DNA of 64,000 bases from Christensenella sp. UBA5489 (lineage in GTDB: Bacteria > Bacillota > Clostridia > Christensenellales > UBA1242). Where the stretch lies: assembly GCA_002424095.1 (NCBI GenBank), contig DIPL01000014.1:27386-91385 (forward strand), given 5' to 3'. The translations under genes were made by a program, and so were the position numbers. The stretch's first letter is position 1, and the number at the start of each line of letters is the position of its first letter. The notes under the pieces are model-generated. The model made no database searches. It saw only the letters and a program-made list of their open reading frames with translations, and was not told the origin of the DNA. This document shows positions 1 through 7,610 of the stretch, one piece after another.

Positions 1-1706
1 TGGCTATTATTTTTCTAGGATTTTTGCCAACTCATCTCGGTTTTTGGATTTTAAATAAAAATTATAGTATATTTGTCAAAAAATTATGTATTGCTCTGAC
101 TAAAATAATGATTTTTTATCTAATTTTAATGCTGATATATTTAATTCCAGCGTTGAAAAATCTTTATAAATTCAACACTGCGGGAAACGTTGCATTAAAT
201 TCTGAAATAGAATTAAATGCTTCAACTCGTGATTTGTCAATGTTTCAAACCCGTCCTTTCAAAACTGTCCTTGAAAAAGAAAGCATAAAGAAACAAGACA
301 AAATCAAAGAGCATAGAGCAACAAACTACTTAAATTTTGTCGTTTTTTCTTTACTGCTATCCTATTTTGTGATATCTTTAATTGGACTTGATATAAGTGC
401 GTGGCTAAGACCGTTTGCAAATTTTTTAATAATGATTATTTGCTTTTCGGTTGTCTATGAATTATTATTTTTACTGGACACAAATTGGATAAAGCATAAA
501 AAATATATAAAATTTATAAGTTGGCTGGTGAATTCATCACCATCGCAAACTGAACTTCTTTTGGCACGCGCCTCTTTATGTGAAATTAAATTTATGATAC
601 AAGATTATGAAAGAGAATTAATAAAACAAAATGAAATTACGGCAAGTGATAACGTTGCTTTTTCTTTCGTTTACTCTGAAATAAAACAAAAAATGATTGA
701 AAACGGCATCAATGATATAAGCGAAGTCGATTGGCTGATTGCATCATATTTCAATTTGCCAAAATATGAAATTAAATTTTTAACTCAAATCACAAAACAG
801 CAACAAAAAGAGCTACTTAGTTTGTTGGCACGTCGGATTAAAGGAGAGCCGATTGCAAAGATTTTTGAATATACAGAATTTTACGGCTTAAAAATGAAAG
901 TTGATAAAAATGTATTAACTCCACGTCAAGAAACTGAGATTTTAACCGAAATTGCAATAAAAGAAATTAAAAAGGCAGAACGTAACGCATTAAAAAAATT
1001 CAAACACGATGTTAAAAGCACCGCCGAGAAAATAGATAAGAAAATAGATAAGGTAACTGTTAAATCTGAAAAAGATTCTAAAAAATCAGGAAAAAGGATA
1101 GCAGTATTAGATTTATGTACCGGAAGCGGAGCAATTGCAATTGCAATAGCAAAAAACACAACGGCAAAAGTTTTTGCGACTGATATAAGCACGCAGGCAT
1201 TAGAGATTGCACAAACGAACGCAAAAAAAAATAATGCTCAAATAGAAGTTAAACAAAGCGATTTGTTTTCGAACTTAAAAAAGAAGCAATTTTTTGATTT
1301 TATAATAAGCAATCCGCCATATATAAAAACAGACAAAATAAAAACTTTGCAAATAGAAGTAAGAGATTTTGACCCAATAATTTCTCTTGATGGTGGTTTT
1401 GATGGCTTGTATTTCTATAAAAAAATTGCAAACGAATCGCCACCTTTTCTAGTTGAAAATGGAAAGATTTTTTTAGAAATTGGAAAAGGGCAGGGGAGCA
1501 AAGTTAAGAAAGTTTTGGCAGAAAATTTCACAAACATTAAAATCTTAAAAGACTATAATCACATTGACCGATTTGTAATAGCGCAGAAAAAAACAGAATG
1601 CAAAAAAGAATATATTGAAAACATTTCATCAGATGATAAAACTTCAAAAAAGCCAAAAAACAAAAAGAGATTGAATTTTTTCAAGTCAAAAAAACAAGCA
1701 ATATAA
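1..1706 (+). CDS. prmC: Release-factor glutamine N5-methyltransferase (PrmC/HemK) in one frame with an N-terminal multi-pass membrane region resembling the C-terminal part of DUF1385/YqhQ proteins; 5' end lies outside the window
   Basis: The frame of ORF 24..1706 stays open back to base 3, so the CDS is 5'-partial. The C-terminal half has the SAM-binding motif LDLCTGSGAIAIAIA and the catalytic NPPY box (IISNPPYIKTD). The first ~190 aa are hydrophobic helices ending in WLVNSSPSQTELLLARASL. An in-frame ATG at 594 could be a PrmC-only start. Confidence 0.8.
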   Translation, partial: AIIFLGFLPTHLGFWILNKNYSIFVKKLCIALTKIMIFYLILMLIYLIPALKNLYKFNTAGNVALNSEIELNASTRDLSMFQTRPFKTVLEKESIKKQDKIKEHRATNYLNFVVFSLLLSYFVISLIGLDISAWLRPFANFLIMIICFSVVYELLFLLDTNWIKHKKYIKFISWLVNSSPSQTELLLARASLCEIKFMIQDYERELIKQNEITASDNVAFSFVYSEIKQKMIENGINDISEVDWLIASYFNLPKYEIKFLTQITKQQQKELLSLLARRIKGEPIAKIFEYTEFYGLKMKVDKNVLTPRQETEILTEIAIKEIKKAERNALKKFKHDVKSTAEKIDKKIDKVTVKSEKDSKKSGKRIAVLDLCTGSGAIAIAIAKNTTAKVFATDISTQALEIAQTNAKKNNAQIEVKQSDLFSNLKKKQFFDFIISNPPYIKTDKIKTLQIEVRDFDPIISLDGGFDGLYFYKKIANESPPFLVENGKIFLEIGKGQGSKVKKVLAENFTNIKILKDYNHIDRFVIAQKKTECKKEYIENISSDDKTSKKPKNKKRLNFFKSKKQAI

Positions 1707-1818
1707 ATTCAAAAATATGTATAAATATGCACAAGGAATTGTTTAAGTTTCAAACAAAAAATCTATTAAAAAAAATTAATTTTGAAATTGTTTTTATTAT
1801 TTTATTTTTAAACTTATA

Positions 1819-2892
1819 TTAAAAATTATTTTCACTTAAATAGCGACTACATTCAACCGCAAGTGCAACAGTTGCACCGACAATATTATTATTTCCCATT
1901 CCAATAAAGCCCATCATTGAAACGTGTGCAGGAACGGAAGAACTCCCAGCGAATTGAACGTCGCAATGCATTCTCCCCATTGTGTCAGTTAACCCATAAC
2001 TTGTAGGACCTGCCTTCACATTATCTGGATGCATTGTTCGACCTGTGCCGCCACCAGATGCTACGGAAAAATAGTTCTTACCATTTTCAATGCAATATTT
2101 TTTATATTCGCCCGCCACTGGATGTGTGAAGCGGACAATATTCGTTGAATTGCCTGTAATTGATACGTCGACATTTTCGTGAATCATAATTTCCACTCCT
2201 TCATTAACATCGTATGTACCATAAATACGGACATTATTTTCATCTATATTTAAGTTTGTTTCTTCTTTTTTTAATGAATAGTTATTCATTTTTTTTGTAT
2301 TTGATTTTGAATTTTTTACCGATTGCTCATTGCCGAAATTAATTTCATTGAGAATTGTAAGTTTATGGTTCTTTTGATTAAAAGAGGTTTCAACGAAAAT
2401 GAAACCTTTAATTCGTGCAATAATATAAGCCGCATCTTTTCCAAGTCCATTTAGAATTACTCGCAACGGTGTTTTTCTCACTTTGTTAGCAGATTTCACA
2501 ATACCGATTGCTCCTTCTGATGCAGCAAAACTTTCGTGTCCTGCCAAAAAACAAAAGCATTTAGTTTTTTCGTTCAATAATTTTGCAGCTAAATTACCGT
2601 GTCCAATGCCGACTTTCCGTTGCTCTGCAACCGAACCCGCCTTACAAAAAATTTGCAGTGCTTCGCCAATTTTTTCAGCACAAACTCCCGCATCAGAATT
2701 ATTATTCTTAATTGCCATAGCAACTCCAACTTCATAAGCGGAAATAGCATTATCAAAAGCAATAGGTTGAATATTTTTAATAATTTTTTCGACATTGATT
2801 TTGCATTCAAGGCAAAATTTTTTAACTTCATTTAAATCTTTAAAATTAAGATTTTTTAGTTTATTATCTATTTTACTTATATTTCCTTTCAT
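1819..2892 (-). CDS. GGGtGRT family protein (uncharacterised conserved family)
   Basis: Carries the literal family motif SGGGTGRTMHPDN and a conserved-looking C-terminus (DVQFAGSSSVPAHVSMMGFIGMGNN). An AAGG Shine-Dalgarno (SD) sequence precedes the ATG. It lies 77 nt downstream of the NifU-like gene on the same strand. Confidence 0.8.
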   Translation of the reverse strand: MKGNISKIDNKLKNLNFKDLNEVKKFCLECKINVEKIIKNIQPIAFDNAISAYEVGVAMAIKNNNSDAGVCAEKIGEALQIFCKAGSVAEQRKVGIGHGNLAAKLLNEKTKCFCFLAGHESFAASEGAIGIVKSANKVRKTPLRVILNGLGKDAAYIIARIKGFIFVETSFNQKNHKLTILNEINFGNEQSVKNSKSNTKKMNNYSLKKEETNLNIDENNVRIYGTYDVNEGVEIMIHENVDVSITGNSTNIVRFTHPVAGEYKKYCIENGKNYFSVASGGGTGRTMHPDNVKAGPTSYGLTDTMGRMHCDVQFAGSSSVPAHVSMMGFIGMGNNNIVGATVALAVECSRYLSENNF

Positions 2893-2969
2893 TTTTTCGC
2901 CTTTTTATTTATTTGAAATTTATTTAATTTCACTAAATCTTATTATTTGTTTTAACTTCCGCACGAATT

Positions 2970-3629
2970 TCAATCTTTTCTAGGATTTAAAAAATTCACT
3001 CCTTGTGCAAATCTACCATAGGTTTTAGTGCAATCTGCAAGTGTTTGAGTTGGATTTCCTCCGTTTCGCAATTTTTCAATAAGAGAATTAACATCGACAT
3101 ATTCATAACCAATTACTTCACTGTTTTTATCAAGTGCAAGCCGTGTAACATAGCCTTCTGCAAGATTAAGGTATCTAGGACCATTCTCTCCACCATAAAC
3201 CGTGGCAAAATTGCTTGCTCTGTGTTTACCTAAATCTTCTAAGGCACTTCCGACTTCTAGTCCATTTTCAGAAAAAGCACTTTGACTTCGACCGTAGACA
3301 AGTTGAAGGAAAATTTCACGCATTGCGACATTGATTGCATCGCACACCAAATCCGTATTCAACGCCTCCAAAAGAGTTTTGCCAACTAAAATTTCTCCTG
3401 CCATTGCCGCCGAATGAGTCATAGCACTACAACCAATTGTTTCAACTAATGCTTCACGAATAATTCCATTTTTAACATTAAGTGTTAATTTACACACTCC
3501 TTGCTGAGGGGCACAAGCGCCACAGCCGTGCGAAAAACCGCTTATGTCGGAAATTTCTTTCGTTTGAGTAAAGTTTCCTTCCTGCGGAATTGGCGACGGT
3601 CCGAAAGTTTTACAATTTTTACAATTCAA
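2970..3629 (-). CDS. NifU/IscU-like Fe-S scaffold domain protein with a ~100-aa C-terminal extension
   Basis: TTG start with a GGAG SD 8 nt upstream. Cys-containing scaffold-like motifs are present: HGCGACAPQQGVCKL and ETIGCSAMTHSAAMAGE. It is co-oriented with the GGGtGRT gene. Confidence 0.6.
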   Translation of the reverse strand: MNCKNCKTFGPSPIPQEGNFTQTKEISDISGFSHGCGACAPQQGVCKLTLNVKNGIIREALVETIGCSAMTHSAAMAGEILVGKTLLEALNTDLVCDAINVAMREIFLQLVYGRSQSAFSENGLEVGSALEDLGKHRASNFATVYGGENGPRYLNLAEGYVTRLALDKNSEVIGYEYVDVNSLIEKLRNGGNPTQTLADCTKTYGRFAQGVNFLNPRKD

Positions 3630-3838
3630 TTTTTCATCTCCATTTTTATTTATAATAGCAAAAATAATTTTTTAAAGCAAATATTTATTATCTTTTATTA
3701 ATATTAAAAAATATATCACATTTTGTTAATGTTTTAAAAAAATGATTTTGCTTGATTTTTGCAATAATATAAGATAAAATATTTATTGATTAAATTAAAA
3801 ATTATAATTGTATTAAAATCAGGGAAAGGAAGAAAAAT

Positions 3839-5092
3839 ATGGATAAAAAACTTTTTGAATTTTTACAGAAAAAAGGATATGTATATCAAACAACCGACGA
3901 AGCAGCAGTAAAAAAACTTTGCAACGGCAAACCGATGACTTTGTATTGTGGCATAGACCCAACCGCCGATAGTCTGCATATAGGGCATTGCTTTCCGCTT
4001 ATAATTTTAAGACATTTTCAAAACGCAGGGCACCGTATAATAATTTTGCTTGGCGGTGCAACAGCAATGATTGGAGACCCGTCTGGAAAACGAGAAATGC
4101 GAAAAATGGTTTCACAGGATTTCATTACATCAAATCTCGATAGTATAAAAAAAATAATTGGAAAATTCTTAAACCTTGGCGGAGAAAATCCGATTACATT
4201 TGTGAATAACTATGACTGGTTTAAAAACTTGAATTATGTCGAATTTATGCGTGAAATTGGAGTTCATTTTAATGTAAATAAAATGCTTGCAACTGAGGCA
4301 TACTCATCAAGACTTAATGAAGGCGGGCTGACTTTTTTTGAAATGGGATATATGCTTATGCAAGCATATGATTTTGTTTACTTAAATAAAAAATATGGTT
4401 GCAGTATGCAAATTGGCGGTAGCGATCAATGGGCGAATATTTTGGCAGGTGTTGAACTCGGACGCAAACTTGCTCATCAGGAAGGAAAAAGCGAACAAAA
4501 TTTTCAAGCGATGACTTGTCCATTACTTTTAAATTCAGAAGGGAATAAAATGGGAAAAACTGAAAAAGGTGCAGTTTGGGTGCTTAAAGAAAAAACATCA
4601 CCTTTTGAATTTTATCAATATTTTTATAACCAAAACGACGCCGATGTTGAGAGATTTTTGAAAATATTAAGCGACTTGTCAGTTGACGAAGTTAGTGAAA
4701 TTATGAAAGGTGATATTCGTGATGCAAAGCATAGAATGGCGTTTGAAGTAACAAAACTTATTCACGGTGAAGCGGATGCGAAAGAAGCACAAGATACGGC
4801 AAAAAATTTATTCTCTTCCAAAACAAATTTGAATGATTTAAGCAATATGCCAGAAATTGAAATAGATGCACAAACTTTGAAAAAGGGTTTTAAGATTTTA
4901 GATGCTTTTTTGATTGCAAATCTAGCAGGTTCAAAAAGTGAAGTTCGAAGAGTTGCGGCTCAGGGCGGATTGTCGCTGAATAATGAAAAGATAATTGACC
5001 CTGAAAAACTTTTAAGTGAAAAGGATTTTAATAATAAAGTTGCAATATTGAAAAAAGGCAAAAAAACTTTTGTAAAACTTATATTTAAATAA
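3839..5092 (+). CDS. tyrS: Tyrosine--tRNA ligase
   Basis: Class I HIGH motif (DSLHIGHCFP), a KMSKS-type loop (NKMGKTEKG) and a C-terminal S4-like domain. Length of 417 aa is typical. Confidence 0.93.
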   Translation: MDKKLFEFLQKKGYVYQTTDEAAVKKLCNGKPMTLYCGIDPTADSLHIGHCFPLIILRHFQNAGHRIIILLGGATAMIGDPSGKREMRKMVSQDFITSNLDSIKKIIGKFLNLGGENPITFVNNYDWFKNLNYVEFMREIGVHFNVNKMLATEAYSSRLNEGGLTFFEMGYMLMQAYDFVYLNKKYGCSMQIGGSDQWANILAGVELGRKLAHQEGKSEQNFQAMTCPLLLNSEGNKMGKTEKGAVWVLKEKTSPFEFYQYFYNQNDADVERFLKILSDLSVDEVSEIMKGDIRDAKHRMAFEVTKLIHGEADAKEAQDTAKNLFSSKTNLNDLSNMPEIEIDAQTLKKGFKILDAFLIANLAGSKSEVRRVAAQGGLSLNNEKIIDPEKLLSEKDFNNKVAILKKGKKTFVKLIFK

Positions 5093-5106
5093 AAAAAGGA
5101 ATATAA

Positions 5107-5772
5107 ATGGAAATTACAGATTTAAAAAAAATAGGAAAATCTGTCAAATATAAAGTTTTTGTTGATAATCTTTTTTGGTGCATATTAATTGATGAAACAA
5201 TTGTAAAATTTAATTTAAAAAAAGGCGTTAATTATGACGCTGATTTTTTAAATAATGCGAAAGCGGAAGGACAAAAAAAACTTGCACTAAACACAGCAAT
5301 GAAACTCGTTAGTCTTTATTCAAAAACAAAAAAAGAAATAGGTGATTATCTAAATAAAAAATCTTTTTCTCAGGAAGCAGTGAAATATGCCATAAAAAAA
5401 CTTCAAGAATACAACTATATAAATGATGAGAATTATGCTAAAAATTATATAAATATGAAAAAAAGCGTGAAAGGCAAAAAAGCAATTGAATTCGAATTAA
5501 AAAATAAAGGAATTAATTTAGATATTATTAAAAAAAGCATTAATGAAATGGAAAATCAAGATGATGAAATTTTTAAATTAGCAGAAAAATTTCTGAGAAA
5601 TAAGAAAGATAACGGAAATATAAAAAATCAAGAAGTCGAGAGTTTAAATAAAGCAAAACAACAACAAAATAATGAATTTATATTGAAAGCTAAATTGTTT
5701 AATCATTTAATGGGCAAAGGTTTTAAATATGATGAAATTATGCGTGTAATTAATAAAATTTTCGAAAAGTAA
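5107..5772 (+). CDS. recX: RecX-family regulatory protein
   Basis: Repeated three-helix modules typical of RecX (..EIGDYLNKKSFSQEAVKYAIKKLQEYNYINDENYAKNYI..). The 221-aa size fits and an AAGGA SD is present. Confidence 0.65.
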   Translation: MEITDLKKIGKSVKYKVFVDNLFWCILIDETIVKFNLKKGVNYDADFLNNAKAEGQKKLALNTAMKLVSLYSKTKKEIGDYLNKKSFSQEAVKYAIKKLQEYNYINDENYAKNYINMKKSVKGKKAIEFELKNKGINLDIIKKSINEMENQDDEIFKLAEKFLRNKKDNGNIKNQEVESLNKAKQQQNNEFILKAKLFNHLMGKGFKYDEIMRVINKIFEK

Positions 5773-5792
5773 TTCAGTTGAGCGGAGTAGCA

Positions 5793-6185
5793 ATGAAAAT
5801 TGGAATTGATATGGTTGAGATTAATAGATTTTATGAAAAAGACGACTCTTTTTATAAAAAAATATTCACCGAAAATGAAATTCATTATGCTAGAAAATAC
5901 AAAAATTATGCTGAACGATTTGCCGGGTTTTTTTGTGCAAAAGAAGCCTTTATTAAAGCACTTGAATGTGAGAAAAAATTAGATATGAGAAGCATTGAGG
6001 TTTTACATTTCGAAAGTGGAAAACCGTACCTAAATCTTTACGGCGATGCAAGAGAGTTGATTAAAGAAAAAGAATTCACACAGGACAAATCAGAAAAGAT
6101 AAAAAGCGATTATTTTATAAAAAAAATTGATTTAAGTATTTCGCATACGAAAAATTCAGCAGTTGCAATTGTAATTATTTATTAA
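5793..6185 (+). CDS. acpS: Holo-[acyl-carrier-protein] synthase (4'-phosphopantetheinyl transferase)
   Basis: MKIGIDMVEINRF start, FTENEI.YA, FAGFFCAKEAFIKAL and ISHTKNSAVAIVI are all AcpS hallmarks. I moved the start to the ATG at 5793, inside track ORF 5778..6185. Confidence 0.88.
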   Translation: MKIGIDMVEINRFYEKDDSFYKKIFTENEIHYARKYKNYAERFAGFFCAKEAFIKALECEKKLDMRSIEVLHFESGKPYLNLYGDARELIKEKEFTQDKSEKIKSDYFIKKIDLSISHTKNSAVAIVIIY

Positions 6186-6214
6186 TTTGTAAGGAAAAAT
6201 TAAGAGGTGAGAAA

Positions 6215-7465
6215 ATGAAAATTTGGTTTTATAACGCACAAATATTACAGAATTGCAAAATAATTTCAGGAGATGTTTTAGTTGAAGATGAAAAAATTGT
6301 ATATGTCGGAAAAAATCCACCTGTTTTTGATGCGGACAGAAAAATTGATGTAAAAAATAATATTTTAATGAGTGGCTTTGTCAATACTCATTCTCATATA
6401 CCGTCAACAATAATGCGTGGTTATGCCGATGATATGCCACTAGATTTATGGCTTGACAAAATCATTCCCATAGAAAGAAAGATGACAGAAAATGATATTT
6501 ACTGGTCAACTATGCTCGGAGTGATGGAATATGTAAGGGCAGGAATAACTTGCGTAGAGGAAAATTATTCTTTTATTTCACCGATTATGAACGCCTTAAA
6601 AAAAGCAGGTATGCGAGCCCGTATTTCGCTTGGATATCCAAATGTAAACCAAACGAAAAAAGTAAATTTAGAACAGCAATTTAAAGAGATAAAGAAAAAT
6701 AATTTTAAAGCCGTATGTTTTGCACATTCAGTTTATGGAACAAGTCAAAAACAATTTGACGAGTTGATAGTTTTTGCAGGAAAAAACAATTTGAGTGTAA
6801 GCACGCATTTATCAGAAACTTTAAAAGAAGTCGGAGATTGCACTGTAAAATATGATAAAACACCAGTTGAGTATTTGGAATATTTAGGATTTCTAGACAG
6901 ACCTTGCACAATTTATCACGCAGTCCACACAGATAAAGATGATTTGAAAATTTTGGCGGACTATAATGTAAATGTGGTAACTTGTCCGTCAAGCAATTTA
7001 AAACTTGCCAGCGGAATTGCTCCTATTTATGCAATGCAAACAGCAGGAATTAATATTGCAATTGGAACAGATGGAGCATATAGCAACAACAGTTACGATA
7101 TGTTTAAGGAAATGTTTTTAACAGCAACTTTAAACAAAACAACTTTATATAATGCTGAAATTTTAAAAGCAAAAGAAATTTTAAAAATGTCAACTATCAA
7201 CGGAGCAAAATCTTTGGGATTTGACAATTTAGGCGACATAAAAGAAGGATATTTCGCCGATTTGATTTTGATTGATATAGATAAACCGCATCATTTTCCG
7301 CATAATAATTTAGTTTCAAATTTGGTATATTCAGCAAAATCAAGTGATGTTTATCTAACTATGATAAACGGAAAAATTGTTTATGAAAATGATATTTTTA
7401 ATTTTGATGAAAAAGTTGAAAAAATCTATTCGGAATGTAAAAAAATTAAAAGTAAAATTTTATAA
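6215..7465 (+). CDS. Amidohydrolase, MtaD-like (5'-methylthioadenosine/S-adenosylhomocysteine deaminase family)
   Basis: Metal-binding motif SGFVNTHSHIPSTIMRGYADDMPLDLWL, followed by HLSET, AVH and GTDG motifs typical of the chlorohydrolase/MtaD subgroup. GAGGTGA SD. Confidence 0.65.
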   Translation: MKIWFYNAQILQNCKIISGDVLVEDEKIVYVGKNPPVFDADRKIDVKNNILMSGFVNTHSHIPSTIMRGYADDMPLDLWLDKIIPIERKMTENDIYWSTMLGVMEYVRAGITCVEENYSFISPIMNALKKAGMRARISLGYPNVNQTKKVNLEQQFKEIKKNNFKAVCFAHSVYGTSQKQFDELIVFAGKNNLSVSTHLSETLKEVGDCTVKYDKTPVEYLEYLGFLDRPCTIYHAVHTDKDDLKILADYNVNVVTCPSSNLKLASGIAPIYAMQTAGINIAIGTDGAYSNNSYDMFKEMFLTATLNKTTLYNAEILKAKEILKMSTINGAKSLGFDNLGDIKEGYFADLILIDIDKPHHFPHNNLVSNLVYSAKSSDVYLTMINGKIVYENDIFNFDEKVEKIYSECKKIKSKIL

Positions 7466-7610
7466 GAGAATTAATCCATCTATTTTTAAAGTCGTTATAA
7501 ATTGCTAAATATTTGACTTTAAAAATTGAATCTATTAAACTATAAAGTAGAAGAAAAAACCAAAAATTTAAACTTAAAAAATTCAAAATTTAAAAAAAGG
7601 AGTGAAGTTT

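Noticed and set aside
7485-7523. Possible CtsR operator or regulatory inverted repeat upstream of clpC (tttaaagtc-N21-gactttaaa, with one AGTCAAA heptad on the - strand at 7512..7518).
   Set aside because: CtsR boxes are a direct repeat of two (A/G)GTCAAA heptads spaced by 3 nt. Only one heptad is present, and the adjacent position (TTAGCAA) does not match. The 9-bp inverted repeat is AT-rich with a 21-nt loop. It may be nothing more than a weak terminator for the upstream gene overlapping a TTGACT -35 element.
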